Below the pieces are notes generated by a model that was not told the origin of the DNA, did not search any database, and worked only from the letters and a program-made list of their open reading frames with translations. This document shows positions 31,025 to 40,961 of a stretch of DNA of 64,000 nucleotides, piece by piece. Position 1 is the stretch's first letter; every line of letters begins with the position of its first letter. Source of the stretch: Promethearchaeota archaeon (GTDB taxonomy: Archaea; Asgardarchaeota; Lokiarchaeia; Sigyniarchaeales; SOKP01); the NCBI GenBank assembly GCA_019058365.1, contig JAHPZE010000025.1, forward strand, positions 1-64,000, in the 5' to 3' direction. The position numbers and the translations under genes were made by a program.

Positions 31025-32527
31025 TTAGAAAAATCTAACCAATTTCTTATATAATGGTTTTATTAATTTTCTTATCCAATCCTTATGAATTATTTTAGTA
31101 AGATTATAAAGTGTAAAATACTCATCAAAATAATATAACATTCTCAAAATAAAATAATTCTTAAAATCTAATCTTGATTTAATTACTTTTCGAGAGGGAA
31201 TTTCTCTTAACCATTTATTATATTTGAAATCTTTTATAATCCATTCATTACCGTTAGTGATTATACCAAATTGAGGTGGATTATAATCTAAATTCTCAGT
31301 TAAGTATAAAATCTCAGTTAAATTACTCCATTTATTCAGATTAAAATCTAAATCAGATGGAATGATTTTTATAACCATCATAATTTTTCCATATAATTCT
31401 ACAAAGTAAAAATCATTCAAATCAGGTTTATAATAAAAAGTTCTTTCTTTTTGTCTAATTTTAAGTTTTTTTTTTTTCTTGAGATCTCTTTTTTTAAATC
31501 CAAATTTTTTTAAAATTGGTTTAATATATTCTTTATCTGTATAATATAATTCTTGGATCTTCAAGATATCTTTTCTTTTTAGAATTTCTTCAGCTTTAAC
31601 TATAACCTTTTTAAGATTAAGGGGACTATTCTTTTTCATAATTGATTGAATCTTTTCAAATCTTATTGACCATGTATAATATTTAGTTGCCCTTTTATAT
31701 CCATTCAATGCAATTTTTTTTCGTTCATCTTCATTTTCTAAATAATACAAAATTTTTTCAAAAAGATCCTTCCTATCCTTCCAACACACAATTTCTTTAT
31801 CGATCTCAAAAAATTCTTCGACACAAGGAGTATATTGCATTAATTGAAAATTCCCAGACATACAAATTTCAAAAGTTCTTAAATTTACAATTCTTCCGGG
31901 TGATTCTTTCGGAGCAAATGATAAATTTATTTTTGCCTGATTATATCTTTCATTTATTTCATTAAAACTTAAATACATTTTGACTCCATGGGCTATTGGA
32001 AAGTTATTTATTAATTTTTTTTTTTTACTAAAATTTCTAATTAAATTTAACCAATAACTTCTTTCACCATAATGTTGACCAATAAAACTAATATCATATA
32101 CTTTTTCAATATCTAAAGGACGATATATGTAAGGATTAGCCGCCATACCCTCATAAATTAGATTTTCTTTATTAAATCTTTCCAATAATGATTTAGCATA
32201 ATATTCTACATACCATACATTAGCATAAGCCGTTAATTTTCCTAAATATGGTCTGCTAATAGCATTTGTTTGGAATATCACTATTGGCATATCAATTTTT
32301 TTTTGTTTCCATTTAATTAACTGGTATAAATCACCTCTAAATTCAAATATAAAATCGCAATCATTATTCTCTTTAACAGCCTTCTCAAGGCTTTCTAAAT
32401 TTATCAAGGAATTTTGGTTATTTGTTATTTTATAATTGTCTGGAATGATTAATTCATGTTTTCTTTTCAATTCATCATAAATTTGCCAGAACCAATCGTT
32501 GATAGAATGATTAAAAATAATTTTCAA
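31025..32527 (-). CDS. CgeB/Glyco_trans_1_2-type GT-B glycosyltransferase with extra C-terminal domain
   Basis: YDISFIGQ, NLRTFEI, FEIDKEI, YTWSIR; about 190-aa C-terminal extension containing GIITNGNEW. Confidence 0.8.
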   Translation of the reverse strand: MKIIFNHSINDWFWQIYDELKRKHELIIPDNYKITNNQNSLINLESLEKAVKENNDCDFIFEFRGDLYQLIKWKQKKIDMPIVIFQTNAISRPYLGKLTAYANVWYVEYYAKSLLERFNKENLIYEGMAANPYIYRPLDIEKVYDISFIGQHYGERSYWLNLIRNFSKKKKLINNFPIAHGVKMYLSFNEINERYNQAKINLSFAPKESPGRIVNLRTFEICMSGNFQLMQYTPCVEEFFEIDKEIVCWKDRKDLFEKILYYLENEDERKKIALNGYKRATKYYTWSIRFEKIQSIMKKNSPLNLKKVIVKAEEILKRKDILKIQELYYTDKEYIKPILKKFGFKKRDLKKKKKLKIRQKERTFYYKPDLNDFYFVELYGKIMMVIKIIPSDLDFNLNKWSNLTEILYLTENLDYNPPQFGIITNGNEWIIKDFKYNKWLREIPSRKVIKSRLDFKNYFILRMLYYFDEYFTLYNLTKIIHKDWIRKLIKPLYKKLVRFF

Positions 32528-32900
32528 ATGTTTATTCAGCTCATCATCATTATTTTTCAGAATTGTTTAAAATCAATTTTTAAATGCATAATTTTCAAAA
32601 TTTAATGAAAATCTAGTTTAATAAATAAAAAAATTATCAAAAAGATAAAAATAGAATCCTAATTCAATTTTTAAAATGTTTATTTATCATTGATTAATTT
32701 AATATTTAATAAAAATCTTTTCACATACTCCCTTAAAATTTTCTCTCTTTTAGATAGAATAATAGATTATTAAAAATTAGAAAAGAGTTAAATACTTTTA
32801 GGAAGATTTTAATGCTAAAATGTCTTAACATACAAAATATTATTAATCTTTTTGTTATCAAATTTATGACCAAATAGTTCAATAATAAATATTTAAGACT

Positions 32901-34007
32901 ATGAAAGTAATTGCTATAGTCCCAAAAAAGTCAGATTATTTGGTATCTGCAATTATAGAAGGATTATTTAAAAACAAGGTAGAAATTATTGGAACTGAAA
33001 AAAGCAATAATATTAAGAAGGTTTATTCAAAAAAAGAAATTATTAGGCATTCCAAGGATGTTAAATATATTTTAGTATTTAACGGTAAAGTAATTGGAAA
33101 TTTACCTCCGAAATATTTTCTTTTAGACAAGATTAATAAACCACATATAACAGCTTTTGTCGATGGCAGTGAATGGGATTTCTCTTTCTTACCTAAAAAA
33201 AATCAAATAATTGAAAGTTTAAAAGATTCAGGAAAAAGAAAGGGCGAAAAGTGGATAAATCAAACAATGTTCAATTATTGTAAATGGTATTTTAAAAGAG
33301 AATGTTACCATGAAGATGCTAAAAAAGGAATTATACCTTTAATATTTGCTGCAGAGGAAAAATATTTTGGAAATTATGATTGTAAGAAAGTTATTGATGT
33401 TTTTTGTTCATTTGGCCAAAATATGACAGGTCTAAGAAAGGGTGTAGAAAAAATTTGTAGAAAATTAAAAACAGAAGGATATAAAATAATAATACAAAAT
33501 AACCTCCCTTATGATAAATATTTAAAATTGATTTCATCTTCATATATAAATATCGATGCTTGGGGGGCTGGTGATTGTACTGCTAGATTTTGGGAAATTC
33601 TTGCTAATAAAAGTTGTTGTTTTGCTCAAAAATACAATATTCTCTTTCCTAATGAATTTACTGATGGAGTTAATTATGTAGAGTATTCTTCTATAAAAGA
33701 ATTTGAAACTAAATTAAGATATTATTTAGAAAATAAGCAGAAATGTATAGATATAGCAGAAAGAGGATATCAACATTTATTAAAATACCATACTACAGAA
33801 GCGAGAGCTAAATATTTAATAAATATTCTTGAAAGAGATAATAAAATTAAAGGAAAATTTGATAAGAAAAAAGTTAATGCTGGAAAAATGACTTATTTAA
33901 ACATACTTTTAAATAGTTTTAAAAGATCCCCAAAAAATGTTTTAATATATTTAAAAAATGTAATTGAAGCGTCTATTTTAAGGACCAAGAATCTTAGAGA
34001 AGATTAA
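32901..34007 (+). CDS. Glyco_trans_1_2-type GT-B glycosyltransferase
   Basis: YFKRE, GDCTARFWE, IAERGYQHLLKYHT. Confidence 0.75.
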   Translation: MKVIAIVPKKSDYLVSAIIEGLFKNKVEIIGTEKSNNIKKVYSKKEIIRHSKDVKYILVFNGKVIGNLPPKYFLLDKINKPHITAFVDGSEWDFSFLPKKNQIIESLKDSGKRKGEKWINQTMFNYCKWYFKRECYHEDAKKGIIPLIFAAEEKYFGNYDCKKVIDVFCSFGQNMTGLRKGVEKICRKLKTEGYKIIIQNNLPYDKYLKLISSSYINIDAWGAGDCTARFWEILANKSCCFAQKYNILFPNEFTDGVNYVEYSSIKEFETKLRYYLENKQKCIDIAERGYQHLLKYHTTEARAKYLINILERDNKIKGKFDKKKVNAGKMTYLNILLNSFKRSPKNVLIYLKNVIEASILRTKNLRED

Positions 34008-34118
34008 TTTCCTTTTAGACAGGAAATAATCACAAAAATAAGAATTTACAAAATATCTTATGAATTTTCGACATAGAATTTATAATAATCTAAAATTTCA
34101 AGATAAGATTAAAATCTG

Positions 34119-35258
34119 TTATTTTTTATTAGGAGCCATTTTAGTAAAAATGAATATTAGCTTTTTACCTATTTGTTCAATAGTACAATGATTTTGAAAT
34201 ATAGTAAATGCATTTCCTTTAATTTTCTTTCTTAAATTCTTATCATTTTTTAATCTAAGAATTGCTTCAGCTAAGGATTCTGAATTTGCTTGTTTGCATA
34301 ATATGATGTTTTCATTATTAGTAAATAATTCTTTTATAGCAGGAGTTTCACATGTAATCATTGGAATTTTCATAGCAATACCTTCAAAAATTTTATTTGG
34401 AATCACTAACATAGTTTTTTTAGTATTCCCAAATATCCCTAATCCTATATCGAAATTTGAGATTAATTCTGGTAATTCTTTTGTCTTTTGTCCTAAGAAA
34501 ATTTTTGGAATAAATTTAATATTTCTAATGTTTAATTTCACTGCAAGTTCTCTGTTTATTTTATATGTTTGCCCCTTTCCTGCTAACCAAAAAGATATAT
34601 CCTTTTGATCATCAAGTAATTTAAAAGCATTTATTATATATTCAACACCATGTAGAGGTATGTAAGATCCCCAATATCCTACATTAAATTGTTCTTTATT
34701 ATTTTTTCTTTTTTCTCTTGGATAATAGAGGTCTTCTCTAGCCCCGACAAATACTCTTCTAAATTTTCTAATTGGAACATTATAGACTTCATGAAAATAT
34801 TTAATATGAGCTAATGTATCCAGTATAACATAATTAGAGAGATGACACTCAAAAAAATCTAACAAATAATAATAAATCCAATAGTATAATTCAAGTTGAA
34901 TTTTTTTCTTTTTAATAATGTTTAGATTTCGATCACTATAATAAGTAAGACGTTTAGAAATAAAAAAATCATAAACAAAAGGAATCTTTTTAATAGAGGC
35001 GTAAACTTTTGTCAATATAAAACTAATAGGTGCTATTCTTATATCATAAAAAATTAATAAATCAAATTTAATACCTTTGAATTTCTTAAAATACCTTAAT
35101 AATTTTCTAATACCTTCGGATTTACTCAGATTTGCCAGATTTATTTCATAAACATTAACATTTTGCTTTTTTAATCCATTAATGAAGATATAATTACGTG
35201 AATAGTCTTTAGTATATAATCCAACATATAATACATTTTTTATTTTATTATTAATCAT
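34119..35258 (-). CDS. GT4 glycosyltransferase
   Basis: GSYIPLHGVEYI, DIGLGIFG, IPNKIFE. Confidence 0.88.
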   Translation of the reverse strand: MINNKIKNVLYVGLYTKDYSRNYIFINGLKKQNVNVYEINLANLSKSEGIRKLLRYFKKFKGIKFDLLIFYDIRIAPISFILTKVYASIKKIPFVYDFFISKRLTYYSDRNLNIIKKKKIQLELYYWIYYYLLDFFECHLSNYVILDTLAHIKYFHEVYNVPIRKFRRVFVGAREDLYYPREKRKNNKEQFNVGYWGSYIPLHGVEYIINAFKLLDDQKDISFWLAGKGQTYKINRELAVKLNIRNIKFIPKIFLGQKTKELPELISNFDIGLGIFGNTKKTMLVIPNKIFEGIAMKIPMITCETPAIKELFTNNENIILCKQANSESLAEAILRLKNDKNLRKKIKGNAFTIFQNHCTIEQIGKKLIFIFTKMAPNKK

Positions 35259-35532
35259 TTCTTATTCATGATCTTGTAAATCTTTTTAAGATTCTTAGTC
35301 CTAACCTTATCAATCGATGTATTATTATATCTTTTATAAATAATGCCTTAATATTAAAATCACTTTTTTTCTTGATAGATATCTCTCTCGTAATTATTTT
35401 TCATGTAATAAAATAATCTAGACAATTTATAATTTATAAAGCTATGAATTATTTTTTCCTAAACTTGAAAAATTAATAAGGTGCCATTTTGGGTTCATTA
35501 GTGCATCTATTTAATTGTGATTATCTATCTGT

Positions 35533-37182
35533 CTAAGAGATAAGGAACTTTTTTGAGACGGAGAATATTTTTCTTAAAATCTTATGTAAATATGAATCCT
35601 TTGTAAAGAAAGATTCTAATATTTCAATGTCAGAGACAGTCACAACTTTAAAAAGAACATTTAGGCTGAGATATAATAATAAAAATACACCAAAACTCAG
35701 AGGATTAAAATATTGAAATATCATTAAGTTCAAATTTCTTAGGATGGACAAATAAATACTTTTTAGTATAAATGCTTCTAAAATGAGAGCAGATAGTAAT
35801 GAAATAAAAAATATTGAAAATATAAGTATAGGCTTTTTTATTTTTAATTTCATCTTGAATTTATTTAAAATTATAGTGTAACTGATTAAAGTTATTATAT
35901 ATGACACTATTAAGAACAAAACACTAACAATTATGCCATAAAAAATTAAACCAATTGTAAAAAATATTAATTGGAACAACCCAAAAACTATAACGATGAA
36001 TGAAAGAATTTTTACTCTATAACTTGCAATTAGAAAACTTCCTAAAAAATAATCCTGTATATTAAAAATGATAGAAATCAAAGAAAGTTTTACTAATAAT
36101 GAATAAATTAAATAAGATTCCCCATAAATTATAATAAGAAAAAAATCTGCCAGAAAAAGGAAAAATCCAGTGATTAATAAAGAAAGTAATAACATATATT
36201 TAAAAATTGAATTATAGATTTTTTGAATTTGACCAAATTGTTTTTTACTATATAATCTTGTAAGAGATACACTTAAAGGACGATTTAACGGTGAAACTGT
36301 TGCACCCGAAACGCTTCTATAACGTGTAGCAACTTGATATCCAGTAACCATTCCACCAACTTCATAAACTCCTATCATTTGAGGTTTTATATTTAGACTA
36401 AATGTGCCAAACGCTTCAATTATACTCAAAAATGAGCCATATTTATAAATTTTTTTAGCACAATCTATAAATGTATCCCTATCTTCTTCAGTTTTTTTAA
36501 TCTTAAACTTAAATTTTAAAAAAATTATAAAGGAATTAATAATGAAAGGGATAAGAGCTGCTATTACATAAATTAATCCAATATATATCAATTTATTTGA
36601 TACAATATAAAAAAAGAGAAATAAAAGACCTCCAACATAAACTAGATTATGTGTTATAAGTAAAAAGAGATTAACCCTAAACATGTTTAAAGCTCTCGTT
36701 AGTTCACTTAAAATACCATCGAGCCCACTAATTATAATTAATGGTGATAATAAATAAAATAGGTAGTAATATTCTTTTAAACTAATTTTAAAAAATCTTA
36801 AAAAAATTGTAAATATTAAAATGCTAAGTAAAAAAATTGGAATTAGGAACAAGATCCTTAAGATTAGTGCATTTCTAGTAAATGATCTCAATTTATTATT
36901 ATAATTTAATGCATAATAACGAGAGATATAGTAAATCATTGAACCTCCCAAACTAGGAGGTAAGAAAGCTAAAACGGTCATAAAAATCCCAACTAATGAT
37001 ACGGCTAAAATTAAGTATTGCCATTCTTCTTGCGATATTGTCCTAGCGATTAAAGAAGCAGTTATTATAGAAAAGAAAAAATTTCCATAAGTTTGCATAA
37101 ATTGATAGATCGAGTTTTTAGCTAAAATCTTATGTTCTTGTGTTACTTTTTTCTTTTCTTTTGGAGCATTTTCAGTGTTCAT
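35533..37182 (-). CDS. Wzx/MOP-family oligosaccharide flippase
   Basis: About 14 TM segments, LAKNSIY N-terminus, IIYGESY, glycan-cluster context. Confidence 0.82.
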   Translation of the reverse strand: MNTENAPKEKKKVTQEHKILAKNSIYQFMQTYGNFFFSIITASLIARTISQEEWQYLILAVSLVGIFMTVLAFLPPSLGGSMIYYISRYYALNYNNKLRSFTRNALILRILFLIPIFLLSILIFTIFLRFFKISLKEYYYLFYLLSPLIIISGLDGILSELTRALNMFRVNLFLLITHNLVYVGGLLFLFFYIVSNKLIYIGLIYVIAALIPFIINSFIIFLKFKFKIKKTEEDRDTFIDCAKKIYKYGSFLSIIEAFGTFSLNIKPQMIGVYEVGGMVTGYQVATRYRSVSGATVSPLNRPLSVSLTRLYSKKQFGQIQKIYNSIFKYMLLLSLLITGFFLFLADFFLIIIYGESYLIYSLLVKLSLISIIFNIQDYFLGSFLIASYRVKILSFIVIVFGLFQLIFFTIGLIFYGIIVSVLFLIVSYIITLISYTIILNKFKMKLKIKKPILIFSIFFISLLSALILEAFILKSIYLSILRNLNLMIFQYFNPLSFGVFLLLYLSLNVLFKVVTVSDIEILESFFTKDSYLHKILRKIFSVSKKFLIS

Positions 37183-37548
37183 CTAAAAAAAAAAATAGAG
37201 TTATAGCAGTTATTTTAAATTAGATTTGTAAATGAATAAAAATTATTAAAGTGTTAGATAAATAAAATCCAATAGTGTAAAATTAAATCAAAAAATAATG
37301 GGTTTAATACCTTTTTTTTTTAAACTATTGGATTATATTTTCTATAAAACTTAATTTTTATTGGAGAACAATCTGAAAAAAAATACAAAGCTCTTAATGA
37401 AAATTAAATAAATTAAGATTTATTAACGCATAACTTTATAATCCTATAATTAAAAACTTTGAATTTCAAAATTAGTTTGAAAAGGAGTATAGATATTTAC
37501 TCAAATTTCATAAAAAAATAATAAATTAATTATTCAATTTACTTTATT

Positions 37549-38745
37549 ATGGAATTTTTTGATTTCGTTGAAAAAAGTATCAGAAATTTGTTAGCCTTTT
37601 TCAATTCTTTAAGTTTCGTAATTTTATTAGCTTTATTTGTAATCTTTTTTCACATAATCTTTTACTTATTCAGAGATAGAAAATATATTGAGGCTTTAAA
37701 GAAATTTAAGGATCCAGAAACAGTAACACTCAAAGATTTACAAGATTTTCCCTTAGTAAATATTATCATACCCGCATGGAAAGAGGGTAGGTTGTTTGAG
37801 GATTGTTTAATATCGATAACTAAATTAAATTATCCCAAATTAAAAATAATTATAAACGCAGGAGGTAATGAGGAGACAATAAAAATTGCTAATTTATTTA
37901 TAAATTATAAAAATTTTTTAATATTAGAACAAAAACCTGGAGGAAAAATAAAAGCAATAAATGATTGCCTAAAGTATACTACTGAAGGCATTATCTGCAC
38001 AATTGATGCAGATATTTTGATTAATGATGAAGCATTTTATCGTTTAATTTATCCTATAACAAATTATGAACAAAATGTAGTCGCGGGAAAAGAAGAACCA
38101 TTTGAATTCTTACGAAATAAAAATTTAGTTAAATATCTTAAAATTACCAGAAATTTATTTTTTAGACAGAAATTTGCCCGATATAAAAAAAGACAAATTT
38201 CAGGACCAAATACATGTTTTAAATATGATGTAATAAAAGCAATCGGCAAATTTACTGAGGAGGGGTGGTATGGAGCGTCTGATAGAATGAGGGGGTATGA
38301 TATAATCTCAAAAGGGTATCAGATTTATCAACTAATCGATCCCCGGTCTAGTGTTGCTACTGATTATCCTTCTCATATTAGGACATACATCAATCAAAAT
38401 AAAAGATGGATCGAAAATGGGTTGATTAGTAATGAATATGAAAAGAAAAGATTAAAAAGGATTGCCTTTTTTTTAAATACGTTATTTTTACTTTATATTT
38501 TTATTACCCCAATTTTCATATTCATAAATCTTTACCTATTTTTAACAGGTCTTCTTTTTATATTATTTAAATATTTAAAAATAATAAGACAATATATTTT
38601 TTACAAGATTTCTACTAATAAAAGATTTCAATTGAAATTCAATTATACATTTTTCATTGTAATCCTTTTCTATATCTATATCGAATTTATCACGAATATT
38701 AATGTTATTTATGACTTAATTTTTCATAGGAAAAAACTTAGGTGA
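37549..38745 (+). CDS. Membrane-bound GT2 glycosyltransferase (processive-type)
   Basis: IIIPAWKE, GKIKAIN, IDAD, QNKRW (QxxRW), flanking TM helices. Confidence 0.85.
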   Translation: MEFFDFVEKSIRNLLAFFNSLSFVILLALFVIFFHIIFYLFRDRKYIEALKKFKDPETVTLKDLQDFPLVNIIIPAWKEGRLFEDCLISITKLNYPKLKIIINAGGNEETIKIANLFINYKNFLILEQKPGGKIKAINDCLKYTTEGIICTIDADILINDEAFYRLIYPITNYEQNVVAGKEEPFEFLRNKNLVKYLKITRNLFFRQKFARYKKRQISGPNTCFKYDVIKAIGKFTEEGWYGASDRMRGYDIISKGYQIYQLIDPRSSVATDYPSHIRTYINQNKRWIENGLISNEYEKKRLKRIAFFLNTLFLLYIFITPIFIFINLYLFLTGLLFILFKYLKIIRQYIFYKISTNKRFQLKFNYTFFIVILFYIYIEFITNINVIYDLIFHRKKLR

Positions 38746-38888
38746 ATAATAACTTAATTTTAAAAGATATTCAAGGCATTTCCCATCATATAATCTTTTT
38801 TGTCCATTCTAAATAGTTTTAAAATAATAAAACCTTTTTAATTGAAAGAATAATTTATAAAGTATCTTAGAGAAGGAATTTAATATCT

Positions 38889-39632
38889 GTGAACAATATG
38901 GGTAATATAAAAACAATTTTTAGAAAATTATTAAATAGAATTTATGAAAGAGTTTATATACCAAAAGTATACAAATATTTTAGAGGCAAAGTAGATATTA
39001 CAAATGAGATCACCCAATTTCATAAACTCTATTATAATTCATGGGGAGAGGATGCGACATGGAGAAAAAACATGCATTGGTTGGGTATACCAATATTAAA
39101 AAATCCTTTTGATCTATGGATATTTCAAGAAATAATTCACAGCTTAAAGCCAGATATAATAATTGAATGCGGCACTAAATATGGTGGAAGTGCATTATAT
39201 CTTGCATCTATATGTGATATGGAAAATAATGGAAAAATTATTACAATCGACATCGAGGATCAAAAAAATAAACCGCAACACAAAAGAATTCATTATTTGC
39301 TTGGATCATCGATATCTGAAGAAATTGTTAGAAAGGTTAATAATTTAATAGAAGAAGATGATAATGTTTTAATTATTTTAGATTCGCTACACACAAAAGA
39401 CCATGTTCTTGAGGAATTAAAAACGTACAGTAAATATGTTAAAAAAGGAGGATATATAATTGTCGAAGATACACATCTAAATGGATATCCAATTGCTCCC
39501 TTTTTTGGTCCGGGTCCAATGGAAGCCGTAATGGAATTTTTAAAAATAAATAAAGATTTTCAAATCGATAAGAATAAAGAAAAATTTCTTATGACTTGGA
39601 ATCCCAATGGATACCTAAAAAAAGTAAAATAA
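38889..39632 (+). CDS. CmcI/rhamnosyl O-methyltransferase family protein
   Basis: WLGIPILKNPFDLW, KPDIIIECGT..GGSA, LDSLH, IVEDT, NPNGYL. Confidence 0.88.
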   Translation: MNNMGNIKTIFRKLLNRIYERVYIPKVYKYFRGKVDITNEITQFHKLYYNSWGEDATWRKNMHWLGIPILKNPFDLWIFQEIIHSLKPDIIIECGTKYGGSALYLASICDMENNGKIITIDIEDQKNKPQHKRIHYLLGSSISEEIVRKVNNLIEEDDNVLIILDSLHTKDHVLEELKTYSKYVKKGGYIIVEDTHLNGYPIAPFFGPGPMEAVMEFLKINKDFQIDKNKEKFLMTWNPNGYLKKVK

Positions 39633-39647
39633 ACAATTAATTTTTGT

Positions 39648-40955
39648 TTATTGCGACAAAATATCTAATATTTTTCCTTTCATATAATCTGGCTTTTTAA
39701 TTCCATATAATTTAAGAATTGTTGGTGCAATATCTTGATAATTAATTAACTCTTCTCTACCTTTCTTTATATTTTTACCAAATGCTAAAAATAAACCTTT
39801 ATTGGTATGACTATAAACTTCTGTTCTTCTTTTTATAAAGAATGATGGTTCTTTTGTTAGAATATATTTATCATTTAGGACAATTAAAAAATCTGGAAAC
39901 CCACTTTTATTGTATTCTATGATCTCTTTGACATATTTATCATTCCATAACGATTTTCTAATAATATCTATTCTGTTTCTATCATTTCCATATAAAAATA
40001 ATGCTCCCATATTGGATGTTAATTTTTGAACAAATGTACGTGGTTTATCAATATTATCAAGATCAATTCCTTTATCTTTTTTAATCTGTGTTTCTCTTTT
40101 CTCATAATTAAAATACTTTATATAGAATTTCTTAATAATATGAATTTTTATAAAAGGTCTAATGACATCATATAGTTTCAAAAAAATATTTCTTAATCTT
40201 TTTGTTCTTACATTATCAAAATATAATAATCCTTTTTTTTCAAGCAATCTAGGGAAGTTTAATACTTTTGTATAGAATTTAAGCCCATGATCACTAAAAA
40301 TGATTAAATTATCAAAATTATTTTCTTTTATAATTACTCCTAAAAACTCATCAATTTTCTTATAAGCTAATTGAATATAGTTTGAAATCATTTTTTCACT
40401 CCCTATTACTTTATGAGAAAATGCATCAGGTAATCTTATGACATAAACCAATAAATCAAAATCTTCTTTCATCTTTCTTAAAAACAATTTTGTTTTCATT
40501 TCAAATGTTTTTATGATTTCTGGTAAATTTTTCCCTTCAACAATCCAATTTTCTTCTAAGTTTTCCTTTAAATCTTTTGGAAAGCAAGAAAATGAGGGAG
40601 AAAGAATACCAGCTATCATTTCTCCATTTATTTTCCACGCAGGGTACGTACCAGGGATATTTAAGGCAAAAATCTTTAAATTTGGTATTGAAAGTATTGA
40701 TCTATCTTTCCAGACAGATGAGTTAAAAATACCTTTGATTGGATGGATGAAAGTATAATATCCTAATTGATCTACATCTTGACCAGAAAACAGGCATGGC
40801 CATGAAGGAATTGTTTGATGTGGTACAGTAACTTTTAGATGAGATGAAAATCCATTATCAATAATTTTTTGGAAATTTGGAATCAATTTCCTTTCGAGTA
40901 ATGGTTGAATACTCTCAAGACAACCCCCATCTATACCTATAATTATATTCTTTAT
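39648..40955 (-). CDS. AlkP-superfamily (COG3379-type) phosphodiesterase-like protein; probable ATA start
   Basis: TIPSW, SDHG, DIAPTIL; the frame extends 23 codons above the track's TTG (40886) to include the IIGIDG metal-ligand motif, bounded by an in-frame TGA. Confidence 0.82.
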   Translation of the reverse strand: MKNIIIGIDGGCLESIQPLLERKLIPNFQKIIDNGFSSHLKVTVPHQTIPSWPCLFSGQDVDQLGYYTFIHPIKGIFNSSVWKDRSILSIPNLKIFALNIPGTYPAWKINGEMIAGILSPSFSCFPKDLKENLEENWIVEGKNLPEIIKTFEMKTKLFLRKMKEDFDLLVYVIRLPDAFSHKVIGSEKMISNYIQLAYKKIDEFLGVIIKENNFDNLIIFSDHGLKFYTKVLNFPRLLEKKGLLYFDNVRTKRLRNIFLKLYDVIRPFIKIHIIKKFYIKYFNYEKRETQIKKDKGIDLDNIDKPRTFVQKLTSNMGALFLYGNDRNRIDIIRKSLWNDKYVKEIIEYNKSGFPDFLIVLNDKYILTKEPSFFIKRRTEVYSHTNKGLFLAFGKNIKKGREELINYQDIAPTILKLYGIKKPDYMKGKILDILSQ

Positions 40956-40961
40956 TCAAAT

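Noticed and set aside
30900-31028. Start-less plus-strand stretch KIVFFFKENDIEFIEKS..., faintly like a flippase C-terminus
   Set aside because: Too short and low in complexity to support a pseudogene call.
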